Under the pieces are notes generated by a model. It ran no database searches. It was not told the DNA's origin and was given only the letters and a program-made list of their open reading frames with translations. Below, one piece after another: positions 30,220 through 39,491 of a stretch of 64,000 nt of DNA. The DNA comes from Candidatus Hecatella orcuttiae (GTDB taxonomy: Archaea > Thermoproteota > Bathyarchaeia > Hecatellales > Hecatellaceae), in the NCBI GenBank assembly GCA_002011035.2, contig MTLY02000003.1, positions 512,001 to 576,000 on the forward strand, read 5' to 3'. Position 1 is the stretch's first letter. Each line of letters starts with the position of its first letter. Both the position numbers and the translations under genes were made by a program.

Positions 30220-31128
30220 GTGATCGAGAAAAGGGATATAAAAATCGGCTGGGCAGTCTCCTGCGGCGTAGGGTTCGCCATAATCTTTCTTGCTTTGCTG
30301 GGCCCCTATTTCTTCGGGCTTCCGGAATTTTTAGGTCTCTTCAAACTGCTGGGAATACCGTATTTTCTTCCGTCATATCTCGGTGTTCTGTGGGTAGATA
30401 AACTCATGGTTATCTCCGTAGTCATAATGATTCTCCCTCCAGGGGTTCTCCACCATCTCCATTGGCGGTGGAAGAAGGCGGTGGACAGAAATGTGCCTAA
30501 CTTTCTCAGGGATATAGCGAACGCTCAATATACAGGGATGACCTTCATTCGAGCTCTGGAATATACGGCGAAAAGAGACTACGGCCCCCTTTCTGAGCAT
30601 CTCAGGTGGGCTTTGGCTAAGATATCTTGGGGCGTACCCTATGAGGAGGCTCTGCAAGCTATGGCTGAGCGTTTGGACACGCCTCTGGTGCGGAGGGCTG
30701 TGATGCTCATCATCGAATCCGGGCGTACCGGGGGAGATATCTTAGAGATCATGGAGTCGATAGCGAAGCACATTCGAAACGTTGAAGACTTGGAGAGGGA
30801 GCGGTTGACCAGCATGAGGCCTAACATCTACATAATCTACCTCGGCTTCGCAGTCATGCTGCTGACCGTGGTGTTAGTTTACACCACTTTCATCCTCCGG
30901 CTGCTCACTGGGGAGCTGGCGGGAAGCATCGGGGCCATACGGGCTCAGGAGTCCCCTCTCACCCCGTTGGAATACCTTAGGATATACTTCCATACAGCAG
31001 TGGTAGTGGCTTTTTTCGGAGGCCTCATGGCCGGGCAGATGGGGGAGGGCGGCTTAACCAACGGGTTGAAGCACTCTGTCATCATGTTGATCGCAACTCT
31101 CCTCACTTTCACTTTCTTCATGGCTTAA
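30220..31128 (+). CDS. Type II secretion F/TadC-family platform protein (second paralogue)
   Basis: VPNFLRDIA...GMT, DYGPLS, ISWGVP.EEAL, GGDI.EI; several TM segments. Confidence 0.88.
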   Translation: MIEKRDIKIGWAVSCGVGFAIIFLALLGPYFFGLPEFLGLFKLLGIPYFLPSYLGVLWVDKLMVISVVIMILPPGVLHHLHWRWKKAVDRNVPNFLRDIANAQYTGMTFIRALEYTAKRDYGPLSEHLRWALAKISWGVPYEEALQAMAERLDTPLVRRAVMLIIESGRTGGDILEIMESIAKHIRNVEDLERERLTSMRPNIYIIYLGFAVMLLTVVLVYTTFILRLLTGELAGSIGAIRAQESPLTPLEYLRIYFHTAVVVAFFGGLMAGQMGEGGLTNGLKHSVIMLIATLLTFTFFMA

Positions 31129-31276
31129 GGCAAGCTTGAAGAATAGTGGGAAGAATTAAACACTCAATAAGCTTTTTCACGTGATCATCCAATAACCGAG
31201 TTCTGAATTTTTAATTCTCTACATAAAAGAGAAACATTAAGGAAGAGAGCTTGTTTTTCAGTATTTGTCTATAAAT

Positions 31277-32959
31277 TTAAACGACATCTACATCGCCGAA
31301 ATCTAGGATTCTGACAAAGAGGGCGCCGTTGGAATCGTATCCTTCTAAATGAACTATCAATCTATAGGTGCCACTAGGGGGATATGACCCCTGATCCCCT
31401 GTTCTGCTTGGAATGGTTGTTGGAGCGCTAAATTTGAGGTAAAGAGAATCTCCGGGAGCTATTATTCTGGAATCTTGATCACTGTTTATGGGTGTAGTGA
31501 GGGTTGGGTCGCTGGTTTCAGCCCAGTCTGTTATAATGCCTGCATATGTTGTATTGTCCTGCGTGCTGCGTAATATAATTCGCGAGAGATGATTCACCAC
31601 AATGGACGCATTGCTAGGATTCGAAATTCTGACTAAAATGGGTTCTCCAGACTCAACATCTATGGACGTTGGAAAGAGCGGATCCGGGATAGGGGTTTGA
31701 AGATGACTATCCCTTGATGAGGAATCGAAATAAATGGTGAGGTCTCTTCCGCTCTGGTAGATGATGGACAGTCTGAGCCTCTCCTGAGTACTCATATTCA
31801 CCTCAGGCTCTGTTGTGGTGTACGTCCAAAGCGTTATAGCCTCTGAACGTGGAAACCCAACCGTAAAATCGTCTATGGTAGTAACGACAGTTGATCCGTT
31901 TTGAGAAACCACTTCGTAGATTATTCTAACCGTCGTAGCCGGCCCGGAACCCGGACGCTTATAGTAAATCGACAGGTTCCAATCGCCGGCCGGAATTGTC
32001 CTCGTGTTGGTGTCGTTGACCGTATAGAATTTTATATCAGGATTAACAACAGACACAGCTGTACCTGTAGGTAGCAAGGGATCCATTATTCGGCCGTCCA
32101 GAACACTCTGATCATGAAAATACAGCCGGCCTTCGGTGTCCACTGCCGCTGAGCCGGCTGTTTCGACGTTTAAGGCTGCTTCGCTCTGTTCGGCAAAAGC
32201 CACTATTCCAACTTCGGTTGTAGCTGTTACGAAGTTTCCCTGAGGAGCCCCTACGAAAGATGCGTTGAATGTTATGGTTGTGCTTTCTCCTGGAGCTTGA
32301 AACTTATACCTGAAGACCGCGGTGCTGTCCTTAGGCAGAAGGCTGATGCTTGCCGGCGTAGGTCCCTCCAAAAGCGTGGCCCCGTCTGTGAACGATAAAG
32401 TTGGTTGCAGGTTGTATACGAAATTGGCAGATGTGTCATTGTTGGTGTAGATTAAAACCACATTTATCTGCTCGTCGGTAGGAACAAAACCAGGGGCCAC
32501 AATACCGAGATGCATCTTCACTTCAGGAACTAAATTGTAGCTTGCAATATTCCCTCTTTCCGTTACAACACGTATCGCGTAGTCCTTCCCAAAGGTCAAA
32601 GTGACCTTGGTGGTGTTGCTGAGGGATTCTCCTGGCTCTAGGTAGAGCGGTGGATTTGTGAAATTGTAGCTATAGTGCATATTATCCGTTTGGTTGATTA
32701 TCCACAACCTTATGGGGTGGACGGTTACCGTCCCTCGGTTAGTCATGTTGATGACGAGTTTTCCTTCCTCATTCAGGTAAGCGCTGGTTATTACAAGTTT
32801 TTCATGAAGTCTGTTTATGTCAAATTCACTTGCAGCCTGCACAGCCGAATGGTATTCGTTAATCTTGTAGGTGAAATAGTATATGGTGCTGACGGAAGCC
32901 ATTAAAAGTACGAGAAAGAAAATTATACCTAAGACGGTTGCCTGACCTTTTCGTCTCAT
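31277..32959 (-). CDS. Large (about 560 aa) class III signal-peptide protein, minor pilin/adhesin
   Basis: MRRKG|QATVLGIIFFLVLL from ATG 32959; NRGTVTV and VVTERGN pilin-like motifs; beta/Thr-rich with many N-x-S/T sequons. Confidence 0.75.
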   Translation of the reverse strand: MRRKGQATVLGIIFFLVLLMASVSTIYYFTYKINEYHSAVQAASEFDINRLHEKLVITSAYLNEEGKLVINMTNRGTVTVHPIRLWIINQTDNMHYSYNFTNPPLYLEPGESLSNTTKVTLTFGKDYAIRVVTERGNIASYNLVPEVKMHLGIVAPGFVPTDEQINVVLIYTNNDTSANFVYNLQPTLSFTDGATLLEGPTPASISLLPKDSTAVFRYKFQAPGESTTITFNASFVGAPQGNFVTATTEVGIVAFAEQSEAALNVETAGSAAVDTEGRLYFHDQSVLDGRIMDPLLPTGTAVSVVNPDIKFYTVNDTNTRTIPAGDWNLSIYYKRPGSGPATTVRIIYEVVSQNGSTVVTTIDDFTVGFPRSEAITLWTYTTTEPEVNMSTQERLRLSIIYQSGRDLTIYFDSSSRDSHLQTPIPDPLFPTSIDVESGEPILVRISNPSNASIVVNHLSRIILRSTQDNTTYAGIITDWAETSDPTLTTPINSDQDSRIIAPGDSLYLKFSAPTTIPSRTGDQGSYPPSGTYRLIVHLEGYDSNGALFVRILDFGDVDVV

Positions 32960-32960
32960 T

Positions 32961-33413
32961 TTACACTTTCCATGTACTTCGGTGAACATTCCCCAGCTCA
33001 CTGAACACCTCAACTACGTAAACCCCCCCTTCGGTCCACCCCTCAGGGAAAGGGCTGTCTACGGCGATACTCACCCATTGGTCTATCCCGATGGTTACCT
33101 CCTCAAATGGAGATATATCCGTCCCATTGAAAGAGATAGCTATTATCGTAACAGGGACCCCCCCAACGTTGCCCACTGAAACAATAGCATTCGTGGAGGA
33201 GTTAAACCAAACATCATCCACCACGAATCTTTCCCGGATTTTCACCTTACTTACGTCGGTGAAAGTTCCAATGGAAACTTGGCTTTCAACGAGCATCGAC
33301 AGCCCAGCCTGAACAATGATGATTCCCACTGTTGCCACCACACCTATCATGAGGATTACAGTGACAACAGTGCCAGCCGCTTTCCTCTCACGGACCCAAC
33401 CCTTCCAAGGCAT
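32961..33413 (-). CDS. Archaeal type IV pilin (minor)
   Basis: RERKA|AGTVVTVILMIGVVATVG class III signal; NVGGVPV and FSELGN motifs. Confidence 0.8.
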   Translation of the reverse strand: MPWKGWVRERKAAGTVVTVILMIGVVATVGIIIVQAGLSMLVESQVSIGTFTDVSKVKIRERFVVDDVWFNSSTNAIVSVGNVGGVPVTIIAISFNGTDISPFEEVTIGIDQWVSIAVDSPFPEGWTEGGVYVVEVFSELGNVHRSTWKV

Positions 33414-33440
33414 GGAGCCATCTATCCTTGTTCGAGGCTT

Positions 33441-33917
33441 TCAAAGCTTTCGACGTTTTTCCACACTTGCTAGGCTTTCCTTGATGGCTTGGAGGGCTTC
33501 CAGATGTTTCTCATGAAGCTTTCTGCGTCTCGATATCTCTTCCCTCAATATAGGCATGACAACGTTGAAGAGGCGTATGGTTGCCTCCGGGTGGTATTCC
33601 CTCAAATCTTGGAAAGAGATCTCCCCCTCTTCTTCTCCTTCCTTTTTACCTTTTCTCTTAATCACCACTATACCTGAATGGTCTAGTACGGCTGATTCGA
33701 TTTCTTTTCCCTTAATCTTTGGCAGTTCACCATAAGCTGAGGGCGGAATCTCGACCTTGTCCAGTTCGGCATTAGACATGACAACCCGTAGCAAGTCAAT
33801 GATGTCCGATTTTAATTTATAGATCATCTGCTTGGTCGTGTGGACTTGTTCAATGTCCTCCACCACCGTCTTCATGTGGCCTAGAAGCGCCTCAAATTCA
33901 GCTTCATACGTAGCCAT
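33441..33917 (-). CDS. Hypothetical helical/coiled-coil protein in the MoxR-vWA-pilin operon
   Basis: 158-aa ORF with AGGT RBS, short gaps to both neighbours, charged helical ends. Confidence 0.65.
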   Translation of the reverse strand: MATYEAEFEALLGHMKTVVEDIEQVHTTKQMIYKLKSDIIDLLRVVMSNAELDKVEIPPSAYGELPKIKGKEIESAVLDHSGIVVIKRKGKKEGEEEGEISFQDLREYHPEATIRLFNVVMPILREEISRRRKLHEKHLEALQAIKESLASVEKRRKL

Positions 33918-33960
33918 AGAGTCTACCTTCTAAACCTGTGTGAATTATCTTCCTCCTAAG

Positions 33961-35700
33961 TTACTTATTAAAATATTCGTTAAGAGCGCCTTCAACCAAC
34001 GATTCTCCAAGGCTGACTTCATGCACGGTGGCAAAAGAGGCGATGGCACGGCCGCTTTCGTGCAGATATTCAACCTTGTCCCCTACGAGGAAAAGGTAGA
34101 TCTTCCCGTATCTGGCTAGGATTTCTAGTAGTCCTTGAGCGGTCTCGCCGTCCCACACTCCTCCATCGGTGAAGATGTAGGTGCTCTGGTAGCCTCTCTC
34201 CTCAGCGGATCTGATGGCCGTCACCAAAGCTGGAGTGATGTTGGTGTAACCCTGAGGCTCAAGGCTGATGACCAAGTCTTCTATGGTATCGTAGTCCTTG
34301 GAGTGCATCTTCACGAGATCGAAGTTCACACCCGTGCTGAAAGGTATGAATGTAATGCTATCGGAGCCAAATCGGCAGGCTTCAACCAGGCAGAAGACAG
34401 CCTCCCTTATGCTGTCTATCTTGTTGTCTATCGCCGTCGACCCGGAAACGTCCATGAGAATGCAAATGTCGGCGAATTCTCTCCGCTGCCACCACTCCCA
34501 GCGTTTCATGGCGAAGATTCCGGGAATGAACATGCCGTAAACCCTGTAGGTGTCTGGTATGGACAGTGCTTTGATGTGGTCGCCGATCCTCCAAGCTCCC
34601 ATGGGCGGCGGTGTATAGTGCTTTCTAAACCCTCGAAGCTCATGGGCTACTTCGATGAACACGTTACTGAGGTAGAGCTTTGTCGTCATCCTGAGAAGAT
34701 GGGATTTTTCCCTTCCAGTGAGTTTGATGTATCTTCCCTTCATCGAGTCGAGAACCTCTTGGAAATGTCTTGTATATTTTATCCTATCCTCCACCGTCGC
34801 CTTTACGCCTTCCTTCTCCAGTTCATGAATGTATTCAGAGACCAGCCTCTCTATCAACTCCGCAGTGTCTAAAACCATTCTACTGGGTTGGAGGATTGAT
34901 TTTCGCAGATAGCCGATTTGGCTCTTGATGTAGTCGTCGAATTTCTTTCTTTCTTCCTCAAACTCCAGCGACGAACTCAAGCAGAGGTGTACGTCTTCCC
35001 AGAAGGATCTAAGCTTAGTGGGCGTTGCGCCCATGGACAGCAGCGACCGTAGCAGTTTTTCCATCTCATCCGAGGATATTGCGAAGGAGGGGGTGGATTC
35101 TGAAATGGAGCCGTAGACCAAAAATTCTCGGGGAGCTTCCTTCGGCTGGGAAAGCATCTCCTTCGGTAGCAAGTCCAGCAGAAGCCTGAGGCGGGTTGCG
35201 GGATCAAGGGGTCTTTCAAACACTACCTCTCTAACCTCTGCTGCTATGCCGCCGATTTTATAGCTACCCCCCATGAGAGACTTGGAGGCCTTGAAAAAAA
35301 GCTCTGCCAAAGGGTTTTTGGAAGCCTTTAAGCCTTCAAGCCTGTATCTGAAAAACTTCGAATAGAGAGCGGGTTCCTCCGCCAACAAAGTTTTATCAGC
35401 CAAAGCATTGGAAAAGAGGCCTACTAGGGTTCTCTGATTTTGCACGCCGGAGTCCCAAGCTAGGTAGATCCAGCTCATGAGTCTTTCCAAAGTTCCAGGA
35501 TAGGATGCTCTCAGTTCAACCTCTGAAAGCAACCAGCCTTGGAGGATGTCTTCCGGATGTTGAAGGTCTTTTTTGAGGACGGTGATAGTGTCCCAGGGGG
35601 TAGGGTCTGGAATTTCCTCAGCTATATTCAAGCGTAAGCGAACGTTTTTCTTAAGAGTTATGCGTTTAAAAAAACCCTCCAGTTCATGGTCGGGCTTTAT
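33961..35700 (-). CDS. vWA domain protein (MoxR partner)
   Basis: C-terminal MIDAS: ILMDVSGS, GYTNI, IFTDGG. The frame is open upstream of TTG 35631 to an ATA at 35700 that overlaps the MoxR TAA. Confidence 0.85.
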   Translation of the reverse strand: MKPDHELEGFFKRITLKKNVRLRLNIAEEIPDPTPWDTITVLKKDLQHPEDILQGWLLSEVELRASYPGTLERLMSWIYLAWDSGVQNQRTLVGLFSNALADKTLLAEEPALYSKFFRYRLEGLKASKNPLAELFFKASKSLMGGSYKIGGIAAEVREVVFERPLDPATRLRLLLDLLPKEMLSQPKEAPREFLVYGSISESTPSFAISSDEMEKLLRSLLSMGATPTKLRSFWEDVHLCLSSSLEFEEERKKFDDYIKSQIGYLRKSILQPSRMVLDTAELIERLVSEYIHELEKEGVKATVEDRIKYTRHFQEVLDSMKGRYIKLTGREKSHLLRMTTKLYLSNVFIEVAHELRGFRKHYTPPPMGAWRIGDHIKALSIPDTYRVYGMFIPGIFAMKRWEWWQRREFADICILMDVSGSTAIDNKIDSIREAVFCLVEACRFGSDSITFIPFSTGVNFDLVKMHSKDYDTIEDLVISLEPQGYTNITPALVTAIRSAEERGYQSTYIFTDGGVWDGETAQGLLEILARYGKIYLFLVGDKVEYLHESGRAIASFATVHEVSLGESLVEGALNEYFNK

Positions 35701-36944
35701 GGCAGTCTAACCTCCCAGCCTTTTTCCCCGGATTCAACCCACTCGTAGAGGTCGGCGACGGCGAGGCATTTCGTTTTCAATTCAGCCAGCTTTTCTTTTG
35801 CAGCTTCATCCCCCTTCATCGCCGGCTCCAAGAGGCTTAAGGCTTCATTCCAGAGGTTTTCCTTAAGAGCTACAGCCTCTTTCACCCTGTGAAGCACCCA
35901 TTCAGCTTCGTTGGCGTACTTGGTGAAGACGCTTTGCTTCAGCTCAAGGCGGTGGGGCAGCGTATACTGCATAGCCCAGAGGACGTCGTCGAAGGAAATG
36001 GTGTCCCTGCCCTCGATCCAAGCATGAGCCTTAGAAAGCCTGATGGACGAATCTATCCACCGATGGGCTATGGGCCGGTCCATTTCGGAGCATATTTCCC
36101 CCATGTAGGGGCAGCCTCCGCAGGACATCCTGTATCGGGCGGAGGTTATGGACCTGTCGGTTTTTATACACTTTCTCAGCAGGGCGGCTACCAGTGTGGT
36201 TTTGAGGAAAACTTCGTTGGGTACGCCTACCTTTTCCACGTCCCGCCATATTTCCGTCATCTGCTCCGTCGTCAAAACGGGTTCAGCTAAGGTTCTGAGG
36301 TCATCTACATGTCGCTTATGGTACTTGGTGAGTAGAAGTTTGTGGGTTTCTTTAACTCCGAGAAGCTTTACATTGAGGAAGAAATCTATTCTGTCCATCA
36401 AGGCTCTGACCAGGCCTACGGTGCCGATGTCGTGAGGATTCATGTCCAAAAAGCAGATGTAGTCGGGGCTGCGGGCGTGAACGTCAGCGAAGATGACACT
36501 TTTCTCGGAGAGCAGTTCGAGGAGGGAGTTTTGACACTGGGTGTTGAGGCGTTGGATTTCGTTGATGAACTTGAAGGGGGCGGTGACGAGGCTTCGGGGT
36601 GTCACAGCCCCGATTTTGGACTGGATGAACTTCTGGATGTCCAAGGCCCAGAGGATGTCGAAGGTTGTCAGTTCTTGGTGGCATCGGACGATGCCTAGGT
36701 CTCCGCCGTAGAACATCTTGGCTGCGATTTCGATGAAGGTTGTCTTTCCGGTGCCGTAGCCTCCGGACAGCAGGGTTTTGGCGTCCCTGCAGATGAGGCA
36801 GCAGGCGAGGAAGTTTCTAGAGTCTTCATCCGTCATGAAGAGGGAGAAGATGCTTTCAATCCCCTTCAGATACCTGTCTCGGTGGATGAAGGCGGGTTTA
36901 GGTGAGGGTTTAACCTCTTCGACGGCTGCCAGTTTGGTTTCCAG
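35697..36944 (-). CDS. MoxR-family AAA+ ATPase with Cys-rich insert
   Basis: SGGYGTGKTT, FINEIQR, QNSLLELLSE, MNP, ALMDRID, LPHRL; insert C...CGGCPYMGEIC. The frame is open upstream of ATG 36836 to CTG 36944. Confidence 0.85.
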   Translation of the reverse strand: METKLAAVEEVKPSPKPAFIHRDRYLKGIESIFSLFMTDEDSRNFLACCLICRDAKTLLSGGYGTGKTTFIEIAAKMFYGGDLGIVRCHQELTTFDILWALDIQKFIQSKIGAVTPRSLVTAPFKFINEIQRLNTQCQNSLLELLSEKSVIFADVHARSPDYICFLDMNPHDIGTVGLVRALMDRIDFFLNVKLLGVKETHKLLLTKYHKRHVDDLRTLAEPVLTTEQMTEIWRDVEKVGVPNEVFLKTTLVAALLRKCIKTDRSITSARYRMSCGGCPYMGEICSEMDRPIAHRWIDSSIRLSKAHAWIEGRDTISFDDVLWAMQYTLPHRLELKQSVFTKYANEAEWVLHRVKEAVALKENLWNEALSLLEPAMKGDEAAKEKLAELKTKCLAVADLYEWVESGEKGWEVRLP

Positions 36945-37296
36945 TTTTTACAAACCTCTTTTTAAATTTACGGTGGCTAATTTTCTTTTTATTTGGCGGA
37001 ATTCTTAAGGATATCGGTTTATGCTCTTGCTGTTGTTTGTCTTCAGCGGGCTGGTATTTTTGTGGGGTATAGTAAAGCATATTAATATGTTCATGTACAT
37101 AATTATAATAAATCCCAACGGACGGCCTGTAAAATGACCTTTCATGTGTATAACGGGTTTTCTGTTTTCCAATCTATTTTCACAAGTATGTCTATAAATT
37201 CTGCTCGAAGCTGGAAAGACAGGCTGAGCCGAGGCAATAAAGAGGCGAAAATAATATATTAACCAACGAGGGATATTAAAAGGAGAGGAATATCGC

Positions 37297-37935
37297 ATGA
37301 GAGGACATTTTTCAAACAAAACGCTGAAGAAATGGCTTAAACAGAAAAAAGCGGTATCCCCCATCATCGCTACCCTGCTGATGATCGTCATATCCGTGGT
37401 GGCTGGTGTCATGATCTACGGTTGGATCTCCGGTTTCATATCTACGGGTGTTCCCTCCGTACCCACAGCATACATAGTCACAATCTCCTCGGTTACTGTT
37501 TCTGATGTTGATACTTCTTCAGCTACTACGCATAATTCGACGGTTCTTAAAGTAAAGATCAGCAATCCTGGGGCGAAGGATGTTTCTGTCACTGCTGCTA
37601 ACTTCATCGTAACCAATTCTTCCGGCTATGTCTACGACTACAATGGCACGGGCGGCAGCTTGCATGTGCTGGTGTACCAGGTGAGTAGCTCTTCTATAAC
37701 TGCCACAGCTCAGAACCTAACTACTCAAGTAGGTCTTACCGGTGCAGCGAACACTGTTACATTGACCGGTGGAACCACGACGACCCTATATATCGAGCTT
37801 CTAGGACATGAGTCTGGGGCGGATACTGGGGCCTTGGACAAAGGAGACACCTACATCCTCAACACCCAAGACGCAACAACCTACGACGGCATATCGGTTA
37901 CCTCAGCCGAATACACCTTCAAAGCCAACAAATAA
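37297..37935 (+). CDS. Archaeal type IV pilin (major pilin candidate A)
   Basis: KQKKA|VSPIIATLLMIVISVVAG class III signal; S/T-rich body with sequons NST, NSS, NGT, NLT. Confidence 0.88.
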   Translation: MRGHFSNKTLKKWLKQKKAVSPIIATLLMIVISVVAGVMIYGWISGFISTGVPSVPTAYIVTISSVTVSDVDTSSATTHNSTVLKVKISNPGAKDVSVTAANFIVTNSSGYVYDYNGTGGSLHVLVYQVSSSSITATAQNLTTQVGLTGAANTVTLTGGTTTTLYIELLGHESGADTGALDKGDTYILNTQDATTYDGISVTSAEYTFKANK

Positions 37936-38581
37936 ATTGAAAACATCAATAACTCTACGGCTGGAGATCAGGTAAGATTGAAATGGCCTAAGTGTCTCAG
38001 AAATAGAAAGGCTGTATCTCCGATTATCGGCGTCTTACTGATGATTGTCATCGCAGTCGTTGCCGGTGTCATGATCTATAGCTGGGTCACTGGTTTCATA
38101 TCTACAGGCATCCCCTCCCCGCCCAAAGCATACACCATTAGTATCGACATGGTTACTGTTTCTGATGTTGATACTTCTTCAGCTACTACGCATAATTCGA
38201 CGGTTCTTAAAGTAAAGATCAGCAATCCTGGGGCGAAGGATGTTTCTGTCACTGCTGCTAACTTCATCGTAACCAATTCTTCCGGCTATGTCTACGACTA
38301 CAATGGCACGGGCGGCAGCTTGCATGTGCTGGTGTACCAGGTGAGTAGCTCTTCTATAACTGCCACAGCTCAGAACCTAACTACTCAAGTAGGTCTTACC
38401 GGTGCAGCGAACACTGTTACATTGACCGGTGGAACCACGACGACCCTATATATCGAGCTTCTAGGACATGAGTCTGGGGCGGATACTGGGGCCTTGGACA
38501 AAGGAGACACCTACATCCTCAACACCCAAGACGCAACAACCTACGACGGCATATCGGTTACCTCAGCCGAATACACCTTCA
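37491..38581 (+). repeat. 431-bp direct repeat (37491-37921 = 38151-38581, offset 660)
   Basis: Line-by-line comparison shows identity from ggttactgtttctgatg to atacaccttca. Confidence 0.95.
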
Positions 38582-38595
38582 GGGCTAACAAATAA
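37978..38595 (+). CDS. Archaeal type IV pilin (major pilin candidate B)
   Basis: RNRKA|VSPIIGVLLMIVIAVVAG; globular domain identical to pilin A apart from one residue near the C-terminus. Confidence 0.88.
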   Translation: MKWPKCLRNRKAVSPIIGVLLMIVIAVVAGVMIYSWVTGFISTGIPSPPKAYTISIDMVTVSDVDTSSATTHNSTVLKVKISNPGAKDVSVTAANFIVTNSSGYVYDYNGTGGSLHVLVYQVSSSSITATAQNLTTQVGLTGAANTVTLTGGTTTTLYIELLGHESGADTGALDKGDTYILNTQDATTYDGISVTSAEYTFRANK

Positions 38596-38631
38596 GCAAC
38601 TTAAATTTTTTACATCTCTTCGGTTATTTTG

Positions 38632-38796
38632 TTAATTTTTTCTTTACAGTAGCTTTCAGTTTGGTTTCGGCTTCACTGTTTTCGGTCTCTGACTGTCAGC
38701 TGGAAGGTTTTTGGGATTAAGGCTTGGGAGTGCTATGAGGACGCTGGAAATCCAGCCGAGGTCCTAGACCTTGGCAGATAGGGTGAGAATCGGATG
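38632..38796 (-). pseudogene. Decayed duplicate of the 3' end of the 39492-40463 gene
   Basis: 38732-38775 matches 39613-39656 at 42 of 44 nt. Translates HPILTLSAKV*DLGWISSVLIALP...TKLK versus QPIITMFAKVYDLGRISSVLIALP...TKLK. Confidence 0.85.
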
Positions 38797-38812
38797 GTTT
38801 CAGCAAAGGTTA

Positions 38813-38847
38813 TATCCCACTCTAATTATCCCACTTATAGGTGGGAT
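38813..38847. promoter_or_regulatory. Putative toxin-antitoxin operator
   Basis: TATCCCACT occurs twice (38813, 38827), with inverted repeat ATCCCAC-ttatag-GTGGGAT immediately before the antitoxin start. Confidence 0.6.
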
Positions 38848-38848
38848 T

Positions 38849-39067
38849 TTGGAAGTGGAACTTAAAGACAAAGGAAGAGTCACCATCCCGTCGGAGATAA
38901 GGAAAGCCTTGGCCTTGGAGGAGGGAGATCGTCTTTTCATCGAGCTTGGTGAAGGCGTGATCAAGCTAAGGCCCAAGAAAATCGTCACCGCCGAAGAGAT
39001 AAAGGGTATAGCCAAAATCAAGAAGGTGAAGCTTGAGGAGGTTGAACTTTCTCTAGCGGGTGAATGA
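38849..39067 (+). CDS. AbrB/MazE/SpoVT-family antitoxin
   Basis: KGRVTIPSEIRKALALEEGD; TTG 38849 preferred as start; overlaps the toxin start. Confidence 0.9.
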   Translation: MEVELKDKGRVTIPSEIRKALALEEGDRLFIELGEGVIKLRPKKIVTAEEIKGIAKIKKVKLEEVELSLAGE

Positions 39068-39474
39068 CGGTGAGGTTCATCGACTCCAACATCTTCATCT
39101 ACCATCTAGCAGGTGATGAACGGTATGGCGAAACCGCCAGTAGGATTGTCTATAGAATAAGTAAAGGGGAAAAGGCAGCGGCATCCACCCTAATTTTTTC
39201 ACAGGTCTTGGCATATCTCCGATGGAAGAACAGAGCTTCCATCATCCCCAAATTCATAGACTTTCTGAGGTCCTTACCGACGATTCAAAAGGTTGAAACC
39301 AATTTCGACGACCTTATCTTAGCTCGGAAGCTACAGGAAAAAGCCGGGGTGGACTGGAAAGCATGGGACGACCTAATCGTAGCCGCCCAAATGTTAAGAA
39401 TGGGGGTGACGGAGATATATTCCAACGACAAGGACTTCGACGCCATCCCCAACGTAAAAAGAATATTCTTCTAG
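39064..39474 (+). CDS. vapC: VapC PIN-domain toxin
   Basis: FIDSNIFIY, WDDLIVAA, IYSNDKDFD. Confidence 0.9.
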   Translation: MTVRFIDSNIFIYHLAGDERYGETASRIVYRISKGEKAAASTLIFSQVLAYLRWKNRASIIPKFIDFLRSLPTIQKVETNFDDLILARKLQEKAGVDWKAWDDLIVAAQMLRMGVTEIYSNDKDFDAIPNVKRIFF

Positions 39475-39491
39475 AAAGCTAAGCATCCAGT

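Noticed and set aside
37491-38581. Diversity-generating retroelement template/variable repeat pair, or CRISPR array
   Set aside because: The copies are identical rather than differing at adenines, both are coding, no reverse transcriptase is present, and no short spaced repeats were seen anywhere in the window.
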